A stretch of 64,000 nucleotides of DNA from Octopus bimaculoides (taxonomy: Eukaryota). The position numbers and the translations under genes are program-made. Shown piece by piece: positions 1 through 13,186 of the stretch. The stretch lies in NCBI RefSeq assembly GCF_001194135.2, contig NC_068982.1, positions 134,359,153-134,423,152 on the forward strand, given 5' to 3'. Position 1 is the stretch's first letter. Each line of letters starts with the position of its first letter. A model generated the notes under the pieces. That model had not been told where the DNA came from. It was given only the letters and a program-made list of their open reading frames with translations, and made no database searches.

Positions 1-1449
1 ACTATAGGCACAAAGCCTGAAAGTTTTGCAGGACGGGGCTTGTTGATTACATCAACCCCAATGCTTATCTGGTGCTCATCGATCACAGCAGCATTTGAAC
101 CCTGAACATAGCACAGTAATAATTCTGCCAGCTTGTCATTTTAATTATAATTATGGTTTCATATTTTGGCATCAAGGGCAGCAATGTTTGACAGTTGTAT
201 GCCTGTTACATGAACCTCTGTGTTCAATCAGTACCTATTTTATCAGCTTTGAAAGGATGAAAGACAAAGTTGATCTTGGCTGCATTTGAATTAAGAATGT
301 AGAGTCAGAAGAAATACCACTAAGCATTTTGTCTGGCATGGAAGCAATTTTGTAAGCCTGGTTTATATACATCAGCACAAGCCCCCACTTCATGCACATA
401 CAGGAGGAGGAGCAAAGTTAGTTAATTTCCAGTATGTTACCAAGACTAATTCCTCCACTTCTGGAAGGATAAAGTCCTAAGTCATCCCAGACAAGATTTG
501 AACACAAAAAGATATAGTCAAATATAGCAAAGCATTTTCTCTAACACTTGGCCAATACTGCTGCCTACTCTGCCTTAGGATTGTTTGTACGAGGATGATC
601 ATTATCATCAATAACAAAGTTTCTTTAAATTCTTACTTATCTCTTCTCTGTCAAATTTCTAGTACAAGGTAAGAAATTCTGTGAAGGAAAGAGAAGTTAA
701 TTTTTTGGACCCCACCTCCTGTCCAAGATTCTTTGAAAGTATGAAAGACAAAAGTTGACCTTGGAAGTATTTGAACTCACAACATAAAGAGCCAAAACAA
801 AACACAAATCATTTTCTCTGATGTTTTAACAATTCTGCTATTGCTTTTAAAAGTCTTAATTATTATTTTAAGGTTATTTTAGAAGGAAATTGTTAGCTGA
901 AGTAGATTTACTGTTATATATAGAACAGGAGCAAAAAGGAAATATTTACATGGTTGATTGACCTGCTTGACATAGTAGCCAAACTTCCTAAATCACACCC
1001 TAATGTGTTTCAAAAAGGAAAGGAGGCATTAGAAAATGTAACCCTAAATATATCTAAGACAGGATGGTCACAGCTGGAATCAGATTGTAGGCCTGCTTCA
1101 TCAAGACAACTAGTACATATTTTATAGCCTATCAACTGATAGTAAATAAATGAAAGGTAGTTTATCTTTGGCAGGATTTGAACTTTGAATATAGCAAATT
1201 AGAACTGTACACCATTCTAAGACATTTAGATCAACACTATGATTTTACACTTAGTCACTTCCTTCTGAGATAATAATAGCAATAAAAATGATGGCGATGA
1301 TAATTGTAATAGAAATAATGGGATTAATTGCTTACTCGTGATGTAATTGACCAGTTTTAATGCTCTCTTTATAGTTGCTAACTTGAGTCCTTATGGTAGT
1401 TTGACCTTGCTATATCAATCAAGCCTTTCTTCAATGTATAAAATTAGAT

Positions 1450-1481
<32 letters not shown>

Positions 1482-1737
1482 AGTCATTGTTTTAACATTT
1501 ACTATTCTATGCTTTCATGGGTCAGACAGAATTTGTTGAGGTAGATGTGTAACCCTCACCTGTTTCCAAGCAATGTAAAAGTGTATAAACCTATCAAACA
1601 ATAAATCAGCTTGGACTAGGTTTACAAACCCCTTGTTTACAAAAGTCATGCAACATGTTAGAAGGCCCATGCATGCTTTTGTGATTGATTGTAAGTATAC
1701 AACACTGCCTGTGTTTGATAGAAAGGATGTGTGTGTG

Positions 1738-2072
1738 TGAAAGCGTATTGTTCTGCGGTTAGCATGTCAGGCTCACAATCAGGACATAGTGAGTTCTATT
1801 CCCAGACTAGGTTGTGTTGTATTCTTGAGCAAGACACTTTATTTCATGTTGCTTCAGTTCACCCAACTGTAGAAATGAGTTGTGACATCACTGCTGCCAA
1901 GTTGTATCAGCCTTTGCCTTTCCCTTGGATAACATCGGAGGCATGAAGATGGGTGGCTGGTATGCATAGGTGATTGCTGGTCTTCCATAAACAATTTTGT
2001 CTGGACTTGTGCTTCAGAGGATAATTTTCTAGGTGCAATCCCATGGTCATTCATGACCGAAGGGGTCTTTAC
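1738..2072 (+). mobile_element. tRNA-derived SINE (family C), diverged copy ending at a (TA)n tract
   Basis: Collinear with the better-preserved copy at 51652-51974: degenerate A/B boxes, body TTGAGCAAGACACTTTATTTCA..., 3' end CCCATGGTCA-TTCATGACCGAAGGGGTCTT. Confidence 0.8.
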
Positions 2073-2203
<131 letters not shown>

Positions 2204-3450
2204 AATGGATCTCTTGCAGTTTTGATGATGAAGATTGTTGCTTGCACATCTTTACCCGACCACACTTCCTCAATTATATTACCTGGGCTCAAGTACAGAT
2301 CTTAGGTTATTGCTTCCTCTCTCTACTTATGGCATACAAGGCACTCACCCCTCTGCTATGATGAAAAACCTGCCCTTCACACTTAGTGATTTGTAGGTGA
2401 GTTGATGTCCCTTAGTCCTGTCTCACTGAGAACTTGACAACCTCTTTATGCTGGTGCCACAAAAATACACCAAGGCTAGAAATTTGGGAGGAGGGAAACA
2501 GGGGATTATATCACCTGCCCTCCGCTCAGCTAAAAGGAAAGATGAAAGGCAAAATTAACCTCAGTGGAATTTGAACTCAGAATGTAATAGTTCAAATTAT
2601 GCTGTGCTCAACTTTGCCTTTCAACAATGATGTAAGTGATGGTTAAAATTAATTAAAACAAATGAGTAGAGAAAGCATAGGGCTGTCAGGTCCCATTAGC
2701 CCCGTCTTTCTGAGGACTTATAAAGCTCTCTAGTGCCGGTACTATGAGATAATATGCCATTCACACTTTGTAAAGTGATTAGTGAGAAGAATGGCATCCG
2801 GCCTTAGAAACAACACCAATATAATATAGACTAGCACCAGTGTATGTAACTGCTCCTAATTGAAAGTTGAAATAAATTGATGGTAATGATGATAATAATG
2901 AGGTATGTATAAAATTAGGATGTGTTTGTTTATTGAAACAATAGACCATAGGCTGGATAAAAGAATCATAAACTAGTTGATAGTAAATTTAAATTCATTA
3001 AAATCTTTGTTGACAAATGAATTGTTTTGTTATGTAGAAAACTTTGAAAAAACATTAGTTTGAATACTGAAATGTGTTTATTTACAGAAATTAAGAACTA
3101 TAAAGATGAATAATAGGCAAAAAAGGACAAAAAAGATGAAGTGAAATCTAATATAAATGTATTTTAGAAGAAACAAAATAACGACAGATATATTTGAAAA
3201 CTGAATATGAGAAATAACTCAAGTGTGTTACATCTGTTAGCAACCCAAATATTAACACATGCACATGTATACACATGCACACATACACACGCACACAATC
3301 TGACTTCATGATGTATCTAGGACTATATTATTTTTTGTGTGGCTTTGATTGGTACTAAATGACAAATGAAATATCTCATTTACAGCATAATTAGAATGTA
3401 ATATTCATATATTAATTTATCTCACCTTAAATTTGTTTTTTCTATTATAG

Positions 3451-3680
3451 CTCATCGGAAAGTAATTTCATAATAGAATGGAAACTTACTATGCTACAAT
3501 TCTTCACCAGTTAAGATGTGAACAAATACTTGAAGCAACAGGGAATTACACAGTTAGTTTGCAAGCACTTTGCCCACTTAATGGTGAAATTGTTCATATT
3601 TATTAACACTTGGAAATAATATATACGATTCCAACTTTCTCTTTCTTTTTGCGGATAAAAACAATTATTACTTTATTTTG
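3451..3680 (+). other. Candidate exon (230 nt) containing a 42-codon short ORF (3478-3606)
   Basis: Branch-like CTCAC at 3421-3425, T-rich tract and TAG acceptor at 3448-3450, donor G|GTAAGT at 3680/3681. The ATG has A at -3 and G at +4 and encodes METYYATILHQLRCEQILEATGNYTVSLQALCPLNGEIVHIY*. I recognise no homology. Confidence 0.35.
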
Positions 3681-4141
3681 GTAAGTAAGTTATACAATAT
3701 TCTATTTGGCTCTAATTGAAATTGTTTTGAAGTTGTACTTCTTTTGATTTGTAATTTTGACTAGTGGAGTAGAATATCTGTCACTAGGCAGTCGCAGATC
3801 TACACAGGACAGACTTTGCTGATAATATGGAATAGTATATCATTTTGAACAGAACTTGAAGTAGGTAAAGCTATAAATAATAGCATGTAGAATATTGGGT
3901 TTTTAAAAATAAAAAAACACAAAAAAAAACCATGAGTTGTAAAAGGTCAGTTGCCTAGAGTTTTGTTAAAAATGACTCTTCAAATCTCTAAGTTTCTAAA
4001 TTCTTATATTGTAAAAAAACATATTTCAGAGATATATTTGTCTAGCAAGTGATTTGATCTAAGATTATGTGTTGAAACTAAAGCAATTTCAGTGTGATAG
4101 ACTCATCAACGATTCAAAAAGTGTTAACTGAACTTGAATAT

Positions 4142-4268
4142 TATTTGGTGTTAAAATTTTCATTGCACCATCAGCAACCTGGTCACTGACTCAGTTACAC
4201 TAAGTTGCAGTAGAATTGTATCACTGACCAGGTCACAGTTCATGCAATGAAAATTTTGGAACCAAATA
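4142..4268. repeat. Imperfect fold-back hairpin, about 127 nt, possibly a palindromic MITE
   Basis: TATTTGGTGTTAAAATTTTCATTGCA pairs with TGCAATGAAAATTTTGGAACCAAATA. Inner arms ACCTGGTCA and TGACCAGGT lie at equal spacing. Confidence 0.75.
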
Positions 4269-5489
4269 GTGTTTATATAAAGTTGTCTTTATGTACTTTT
4301 GAATGGCCATCATGTGTCTTACATGTTGTAATGTATATCATAATATTGTGAAAGTATAACAAAAATTAGTATAATGATAAATGTGTGTTTTAAATAATTA
4401 TTATGATTATCATGATGCAAGATGTTATTTTTAATGAAAGAATTCACACAAAACACTGATTCTTTAGAATCTCTTCCTTACTCATGTCTTCATTGTAGAT
4501 GTTGACTTGCACTTACATACTGGTACTTTTATTGACTTCATGGGGGAAACAATTATTATAGCAGTGTATTTGCAAAATTATTAGAACATCATATAAAATG
4601 CTTGTTGCATTTAGTTGTAGACCTTTATGTACTGGGTTCAAACTTCACCCAAAGTCAATTTGGCCTTTTGTAAATACAGGGATCAATAAAATAAGATATG
4701 TTAAAATACTGGGGTGAAAATAGCCATTTGTTTATCATACTTAATGCTTATTGACTGGCATAACTGCAGCCTGTGTCAGAGATTAAATCTCTTGTGGACA
4801 TTCTGTTTAAAAACACAATGTGTATCAAATGAAGATAAAATTGTCCTGGTGATGCTGAAGAACACCAAATGCAATTCAGCCTTTTTAGGTTTCATTAGTG
4901 ATGATGTTTCTCATATCACTGTTTCACTGTTTCTGATATCAGAGGTAACAAATCTCATTTAGGCATGTGGCTCTGAGTACATATTACTGAGAAAGCCCCA
5001 AAAAGACTGAAATGCATCTGGCATTTTTACTAGCCACTGCTAGAATGTTTTTTTTTTTTTTTGTTTTTTGTCTCCCTCTGGATACATATTGTGTTTTTAA
5101 ATGCAGTATGTCCACAAGAGATTTTATCTCAGACAAACACTTGCCTGTCAACTTGCCTGTCAACTGGGTAGATGCAATTAGAATTATAATATCGACTAAA
5201 ACTAACTTTGGTGAGATTTGAAACCAGCAATGTACCTGGAATGATGATTTAAAAAGTATTTATTTTGGCACTTTACCATTTCTACCAACTCACCGATTTG
5301 AATAATTACCTCTTTAGCTCGCAGCACTGAATTCAAATCATCCAATAGACTTGAAGATAATAGGGAAACCATTCCAATGTTTTTTTTGTTTTTTTGTTTT
5401 TTAATTCTTCCTTTGAATCCTTACATGAAGGCTGGTTTCCATAGTGGTAGTGGTGCCCTAATGACCTAATATATTCCTAAACATCATTC

Positions 5490-5677
5490 TCTCTCATCTA
5501 CTATCTGTCTTTTTCTATGTCTATTTATCTATTTATCTTTTTCTATGTCTATTTATCTATCTTTTTCTATGTCTTTCTATCTTTTTCTGTCTGTCTATCT
5601 TTTTCTATGTCTGTCTAGTTATCTATCTTTTTCTGTCTGTCTATCTATTTTTTTCTATATCTGTCTCTGTTTCTATG

Positions 5678-5776
<99 letters not shown>

Positions 5777-6310
5777 NNNNNNNNNNNNNNNNNNNNNNNN
5801 NNNNNNNNNNNNNNNNNNNNNNNNNNNNNNNNNNNNNNNNNNNNNNNNNNNNNNNNNNNNNNNNNNNNNNNNNNNNNNNNNNNNNNNNNNNNNNNNNNNN
5901 NNNNNNNNNNNNNNNNNNNNNNNNNNNNNNNNNNNNNNNNNNNNNNNNNNNNNNNNNNNNNNNNNNNNNNNNNNNNNNNNNNNNNNNNNNNNNNNNNNNN
6001 NNNNNNNNNNNNNNNNNNNNNNNNNNNNNNNNNNNNNNNNNNNNNNNNNNNNNNNNNNNNNNNNNNNNNNNNNNNNNNNNTCTATGTCTATCTATCTTTG
6101 TCTATGTCTATCTATCTTTGTCTATGTCTATCCATCTATTTCTATATCTGTCTATCTATCTTTGTCTATGTCTATCCATCTATTTCTATATCTGTCTATC
6201 TATCTTTGTCTATGTCTATCCATCTATTTCTATATCTATCTATCTATCTGTCTGTCTATCTATTTATTTCTATGTCTGTGTATTTTCTGTCTGTCTCTCT
6301 ATCTCTATCT
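5490..6310. repeat. Compound (CTAT)n/(CTGT)n tetranucleotide satellite spanning the N-gap at 5777-6080
   Basis: Read directly; longer repeated blocks are visible at 6081-6240. Confidence 0.95.
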
Positions 6311-6622
6311 ACCAAGCTGAAAATAGTGCTCCCTCTTCCTTCACATCTGAGTGGTTGCTACTTATATATGCATTCAACTGTAAAACACCTTTAACATTCC
6401 ATTACAGATTTACAAATATTTCAGTACAACTTCTGCTACAGAAGAAAAAAAAAATGTCCAGCCCAACTATCTACCCACTTACCTGTCTGCTTGCCTCCTT
6501 GTCTGTTTACCTGTCTACTTGCCTACATATCTACCTGTCTTCCTTTCTACCTGCATGTCTGCCCATCTGTCTGTCTGATAATATCTCTAGATTTCTATCT
6601 CTCATATAATATATATATATAT

Positions 6623-7320
6623 AAAAGCTGAACATTAGAAGCATCAGTTGTGGCGTGCAAGAGAGACGATTGCGCTGGTATGGACATGTGGTGAGAATGA
6701 ATGAGGATAGCTGCGTGAAAAAGTGCCACACCCTAACAGTTGAGGGAACCCGTGGAAGAGGTAAGCCCAGGAAGACCTGGGCTGAGGTGGTGAAGCAAGA
6801 CCTTCGTACATTGGGCCTCACCGAGGCGATGACTACTGACCGAGACCTTTGGAAATGTGCTGTGCGTGAGAAGACCCGGCAAGTCAAGTAAGATCGTTGC
6901 CAGTGCCCCCGGACTGGTTCTTGTNNNNNNNNNNNNNNNNNNNNNNNNNNNNNNNNNNNNNNNNNNNNNNNNNNNNNNNNNNNNNNNNNNNNNNNNNNNN
7001 NNNNNNNNNNNNNNNNNNNNNNNNNNNNNNNNNNNNNNNNNNNNNNNNNNNNNNNNNNNNNNNNNNNNNNNNNNNNNNNNNNNNNNNNNNNNNNNNNNNN
7101 NNNNNNNNNNNNNNNNNNNNNNNNNNNNGGTGACACGTAAAAGCACCCACTACACTCTCTGAGTGGTTGGCGTTAGGAAGGGCATCCAGCTGTAGAAACT
7201 CTGCCAAATTAGACTGGAGCCTGGTGTTGCCATCCGGTTTCACCAGTCCTCAGTCAAATCGTCCAACCCATGCTAGCATGGAAAGCAGACGTTAAACGAT
7301 GATGATGATGATGATGATGA
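6623..7320 (+). mobile_element. 5'-truncated RTE-clade LINE: ORF C-terminus, 3'UTR and (GAT)n tail
   Basis: The ORF remnant has the RTE C-terminal motifs, the 3'UTR ends ...CCCATGCTAGCATGGAAAGCAGACGTTAAAC(GAT)n, and (TA)n flanks both sides. An N-gap interrupts it at 6925-7128. Confidence 0.9.
6625..6891 (+). pseudogene. C-terminal fragment of the RTE LINE ORF (downstream of the RT domain)
   Basis: KLNIRSISCGVQERRLRWYGHVVRMNEDSCVKKCHTLTVEGTRGRGKPRKTWAEVVKQDLRTLGL...W...V* matches the RLRWxGHVxR...RGRPRxxW...D signature of RTE ORF ends. It has no true start and begins directly after (TA)n. Confidence 0.88.
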
Positions 7321-7321
7321 G

Positions 7322-7349
<28 letters not shown>

Positions 7350-7354
<5 letters not shown>

Positions 7355-7616
7355 AGGGCAAAAAATCCAAATTTACAGGTTAAAACTCAAATTCAATTTA
7401 TTAAAATTAAATTAAGTTTCACAGTATAAAATATAAATATACAGTTTTAGGGAAAAGAACCAAGGTTCATGAACTCATCGATGAAAATCCTGTCACATAT
7501 AGAAAAATTAATAAGTAAAAGCACAATAAATAAGTATAATATAATACAAAGTAAATATTTATATGTGACAGTGGATTTACATCGATGAGTTTATGAACCT
7601 TGTTTCTTTTCTCTAA

Positions 7617-7625
<9 letters not shown>
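7350..7625. mobile_element. AT-rich fold-back element between (TA)n tracts, with a 64/66-bp inverted repeat
   Basis: 7438-7501 matches the reverse complement of 7560-7625 at about 90% (4 substitutions and one 2-nt indel), with a 58-nt spacer. Confidence 0.7.
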
Positions 7626-7655
<30 letters not shown>

Positions 7656-8561
7656 TGTCTTTATGTGTCTGTCTAATCTCCCATTATTTTTGTCTATCTA
7701 ATACTGTCTCTCTCTCTGTCACCTTGTCACTCTCACTCACACTCTCTCTCTCTTTCTCTCTCTCACACACAGTCTGTTTGTCACTCTGTCTCTGTCTGTT
7801 TGTCTACCAGTCTGTCTATCTGTCTGATTATTTGTTTCTTGTCAGCTTTGACCAAACATGTCATCGAAGGCAAACACCTTCTTGGTAGCTATTTAGGTGT
7901 ACATTATTTAATGTGTCCATCTGTCTTTTAAGATGGTGAGGTATAATTTGAGGGAGATTTGGCTGCTGTACTTAGCAAGGTGAATGATTATATGGAGAAC
8001 CCTTTGTTGGCTTGTTCCTCACAGTTATTGAAATTGCTGGAAATAGCAAAAGAATTTCCCTCATAATACACCTCTCTATCTTAAATAAAGACGGACATAT
8101 TGGATAATGTAATCCTAGCTATGCTTTGTCTGAAAACAGTTGGGATGATTGTGGTTGGAACTCTTCAAGCAGAGCTAACCCAGAGCAGAACACCACCACC
8201 ACCATCATTGCCACAACCACTATCAACACTATCATCATCCATAACACTACCACAAAATCTAAATTCTAGATCAGTATTAAGATTAAGTACACACATTCAT
8301 ATGTGCAGAGACAAGATAATTGTAGTTGGAAATCATACTTCTGTTCAAGCAGAACTAGCCCAGGGCAAAAGAAAAACCATTGTCTCCACCTCCAGCATCA
8401 TCATCATCACCACCACTGCCCTGTGTCCACTCTCCATAATGGCTTAAGCTGAATGGGTTCTTATGATCTGTTGGTTCTTATTTGGAGTTCCTATCCCCCG
8501 AGATGTTTACAAATTGGTGATCACTAGGGAAATACAAACTCCATGTACCCATGTGTGTGTG

Positions 8562-8599
<38 letters not shown>

Positions 8600-9797
8600 N
8601 NNNNNNNNNNNNNNNNNNNNNNNNNNNNNNNNNNNNNNNNNNNNNNNNNNNNNNNNNNNNNNNNNNNNNNNNNNNNNNNNNNNNNNNNNNNNNNNNNNNG
8701 GTGCTCCAGCATGGCCGCAGTCAAATGACTGAAACAAATAAAAGAATGACTTAATATAATCAACAATGTGTTGCTCAAAGGCCCTCTTTAATGGGTTGGT
8801 TTAATCAATTTTCTGTGATTAGAAAAACAAAAGTAATTAAACCCCAAAATTAAATTAATTGAAAGGACTGGCTCATTTCTTTTACTCCTATGTTTAATTA
8901 GTGATTGTTTGCTATTTGGAAAATGTTTGATCATTTATTTATATATTTATTAATTCATTTGCAATTTGATGGAATTTTGTAACTGTCCAAACGTTCAGCA
9001 AATGGGAATGTTGACTGTTCGGATCAACAGATAAATATTTGTGAGATTCAATGAATTTAAACAATTAAGCTCTTCGTTTTTGTTTTTTTTTTGTTTTTTT
9101 GTTTTTTTTCACTTAAAACAATTCAGATCAAAAATATTTCCTTTAACAATTTCTTGCTGCAATTTCCAAGCATGTGTGTGTATGTGTGTGCACTTGTGTG
9201 TCTTTGTGCACGTGTGTGTCTTTGTGTGTGTTGTTTGTCCTCAACTACAGCTTGACAACTAACTGGTATCGGTTTGTTTGTTCCCCTATCTTAGCACTTC
9301 TGCAAAAGAGACTAATAGAATACATACCAAACTTTAAAAAAATAAGTACCAGAATTGATTTGTGGGAAAAAAAAAAAAGAATCCAAGATAGTGCTCCAGT
9401 ATGGCCAGTCTAGTGACTAAGACAAAAGGTAAAAGAGATAATTGAAATACTTCTAGAAGTATCTATGATGTTAAGGTTTTCCTTAACCTTTGTTTTATAA
9501 CTCCTTCCTCTTCATTTTATTAGATCTACTTTTTGAATCTAGTTAAAACTGAAATGGGAGAAAGATGAGCTTCTCCCTGGTCTACCTAAATTAGCTGTAA
9601 CCCCTCCACCAAATATGCTCTGACTCCAACTGTGACAATCCATGCAGCCTATACCAGCATCAAAATTAGATGTAAAATGATAATGATACATAAGCCATCA
9701 AAATGAGATATTGGGAAGTGAAATTCTTCTGAGATTCAAAATGGGGTGAGATGTTGTTCACTAAGAACTTCCAATTAATTTCATGAATACTTTAGAC

Positions 9798-10046
9798 CAG
9801 TAGTACTCAACTGGGGACCATATCACCCTTAGGGGGTCCATATAAGATTTTTATGTTATTATGTAATTTATTGCGATAAATTTCTTATATTTCTACAATG
9901 CACAAAATATTAAAAAAAATTTTTTGATGCAATTCATATTATAAAAATATAACAGGATTTTTTAAACATTGAGTGGCTGTGAGGGTCCACCTGCGTAAAA
10001 TAGGAATGAAAGGGGTTCATAGGTAAGAAATGGTTGAGAACCACTG
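9798..10046. mobile_element. hAT (Charlie-type) MITE
   Basis: TIRs CAGTAGTACTCAAC and GTTGAGAACCACTG; perfect 8-bp TSD CTTTAGAC at 9790-9797 and 10047-10054. Confidence 0.9.
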
Positions 10047-10289
10047 CTTTAGACAGTGAATAATCTTTGAGTGTTCCCCTACTATCTCCACCTTCCCTCC
10101 TTGAGTGCCCAGTAGAATATGCTTTTTATTTCTGTTGGTACATTTTTCTACCTCATTAATTCTTTTTTTTTTTTCCTTTTCTTTTTTTAACTTTTTGGAT
10201 AATATTCTACTTGAATTTTTCCTGTGTTCTTTTATTTTTTTTTTCCATTCTTGTTGATAGATTGATTTATTTCATTCACATGGCCATTC

Positions 10290-10420
10290 ATGTGCAATCT
10301 GTTTCTGAAAAGTTATTAACTGACGAAAATGAATTCATCAAATGTGAAGAAAATTCCAAAAAATGGTCAATCAGTAATATGCTGATGATTCTGTAAACAC
10401 TTCTCATGTGCAAGACTTCT
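10290..10420 (+). pseudogene. Possible heavily decayed non-LTR reverse transcriptase remnant
   Basis: One frame reads ICF*KVIN*RK...MVNQ*YADDSVNTSHVQDF* with YADD at 10378-10389. It has many stops and was judged by eye only. Confidence 0.3.
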
Positions 10421-10898
10421 AGAATAGCAAAATTACCCTGAAGTAATGTCCATGATTCAAGGCCACACAACAACAACAAAGATGAGTGTTAAATCTGTTA
10501 TATAATGAGAGGTTTTGTTGTTCCTAGACACCAATTAAGGAGACTGTAGATAACTTTAAGCTAATTTAATTTTTGATATTCAACAAAGCAGCAATTTTGT
10601 TTACTTCGTTGATCCAAAGTGTTTAAATGTAGTAATTTATTCCAATTATACTCCATTTAATGTGACATTGACTGAATGATCATCTACCGTGAATATTTCG
10701 TTATTGTCAGCATTGATATTTAATGGTGGAAAAAATTAGCAACATTAGTTGCGAGTTTCCATTGAGACAATAATTGTTTCTCTGCATTTCTGATGGTGAT
10801 GGTGGCAAGAGAGTGTCTGTGACTTGAACTTCAGTCAATGTGTACTAGTATCTTGCTGATGTAGGGTGAAAAATATGTGTTTATGTGTGTGCATGCGC

Positions 10899-10936
<38 letters not shown>

Positions 10937-11106
10937 CTGTGGACAGTATTGAATCACTTACGCCTTTTATCATCTTTGTTTCACTCCTTTCATATTACCA
11001 TTATCACCACCACCACCATCATCTTCATTAGTTTGAGCTTGCTCACATTCTCATAACTCTGATCCTACACTCCTCTCTATTTTTCATAGTATGTCTCTTT
11101 ATTCTC

Positions 11107-11466
11107 TCTTTTTACTCTTTTACTTGTTTCAGTCATTTGACTGCGGCCATGCTGGAGCACCGCTTTTAGTCAAACAAATCGACCCAGGATTTATTCTTTG
11201 TAAGCCTAGTACTTATTCTATCGGTCTCTTTTGCCAAACCGCTAAATTACGGGGACGTAAACACACCACCATTGGTTGTCAAGCGATGTTGGGGGGACAA
11301 ACACAGACACACACATATATATACATATACATATATATGACAGGCTTCTTTTAGTTTCCGTCTACCAAATCCACTCACAAGGCTTTGTTCGGCTCGAGGC
11401 TATAGCAGAAGATACTTGCCCAAGGTGCCACGCAGTGGGACTGAACCTTGAACCATGTGGTTGGTG
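11107..11466 (-). mobile_element. Bipartite tRNA-head SINE (family A): head, microsatellite, tail-1
   Basis: Reverse complement of the family A layout seen at 17050-17440; the head is 5'-truncated. Confidence 0.9.
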
Positions 11467-11535
11467 ATATTTCCTCTTGATTAAAACCCAACATTTTCTC
11501 TTAACTGATCAATGTATGTCATTGCACAGCGGCCA

Positions 11536-11618
11536 ATTTCGACTGTCATGTGATTTCGACTGTCATGTGATTTCGACTGTCATGTGATTTCGACTGTCAT
11601 GTGATTTCGACTGTCATG
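11536..11618. repeat. Perfect 17-bp tandem repeat (ATTTCGACTGTCATGTG), 4.9 copies
   Basis: Units start at 11536, 11553, 11570, 11587 and 11604 with no mismatches. Confidence 0.97.
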
Positions 11619-12199
11619 CTGTCCAAAGTAAGGTGTCACTAACCAACTCCTTTTTACATTTTGAGCCATGCCCATCAAAGAAAATTCTTTCTCTAATGAC
11701 GTCTGATACTTTATGAAGCTTCTTGTGTAATCTTTCTTTGGTAGTGTTTTTCCCAGGACATATCCAAAATGGCATGAAGTCTGGGCATTGTAGTTGCAAT
11801 CTAGCATAGTTTCAAGACTTTGTTTGTGCCAGATGGAAGAGACAAAAAAAAACAACACAAATTCAACTTCCTGTAACAATACCCCCTAACAGTAAACACA
11901 TGGCTCATTCATTTACTAAACAACTTATTAGTGATTTTGGTTAATTACTATCAATTGCAAATAAGCAGTTTCATCATCATTTAATACTCATTTTTTCAAA
12001 CATGCATGAGTTTATTGAGGCAGACTTTCTATGACTGGATGCTCTTCCTGACATTAACCCATGCCTGTTTGCAAGCAAAATATTTCTCATGGCCAGACAT
12101 GTTTTCCACAGAAGACTGAAAAACAAACAACCTTGCTTATAGGAGGATGCTCGTTCGCAACTATCACATGGGTCAAGACAAGGGTACAAATGCATACAT

Positions 12200-12630
12200 A
12201 CTCTTATTTCAGTCATTTGACTGCGGCCATGCTGGAGTACCACCTTTAGTCAAGCAAATCGACCCCAGGACTTATTCTTTGTAAGCCTAGTACTTATTCT
12301 ATCGGTCTCTGTTGCCGAACTGCTAAGTTACAGGGACGTAAACACACCAGCATCGGTTGTCAGGCAATGTTGTGGGGACAAATATATGTATACATATATA
12401 CGATGGGCTTTTTTTTCAGTTTCCGTCTACCAAATCCACTCACAAGGCTTTGGTTGGCCCGAGGTTATAGCAGAAGACACTTGCCATACAAAACATTTTT
12501 TCGTTTTTACATTGTTTTTAGTTTCAATTCCCTCACAATTCTTTGGTTGGCTTGGAGTCATAGATGCCATGCAGTGGGACTGAACTCAAGGCCACATGGT
12601 TGGGAAGCAGCCTGCTTAACCACACCTGCT
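12200..12630 (-). mobile_element. SINE family A copy with a roughly 80-bp insertion in the head
   Basis: Tail-1 and head motifs on the minus strand; the head is interrupted at about 12485-12563. Confidence 0.8.
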
Positions 12631-13186
12631 AGAGACCATACCTGTGCCTATAGCAATGCCTGCGTGGTTTCAAAGTTCTAATTCACAATCCCATCCATCA
12701 AAGAATATACTGAAAGAATACCAATCCAATGGTGTTTTTAATTAATCTAGTCACATGTTTATACAGTTGACACTGTTAATCATGAATTTACAAGACCAAT
12801 AATTGTTAAAACAGTCAATGGTAGCTTGAAACAACTCTTCTACTTTTTACTTGATGACTGTATAACAAGACCAACAGACACATTTAATTCATTCAGCCTT
12901 CTTTCTCACATTCTTTTTATGTTTCATGCAGAAGGCTTTTTACTAACCACTCTATTACATCTTTTCCTGAACTGTCATCCTCCTGTAACCCCTTACATTT
13001 TAATTACTAAATTGTATTTTGACATAAAACTGTACTAATATTCTATTTTCTCCACCCACCTAATACCCGTAGGGTCAACACACCTCATCACCACTATTCA
13101 CCCGCTCTGGGCCCTTTTTTTTTTCATGCTTTAACCCCCATCTCTTGGGGTTCATAGTCTTGCAAGCTACATACTAACTTCATTAG

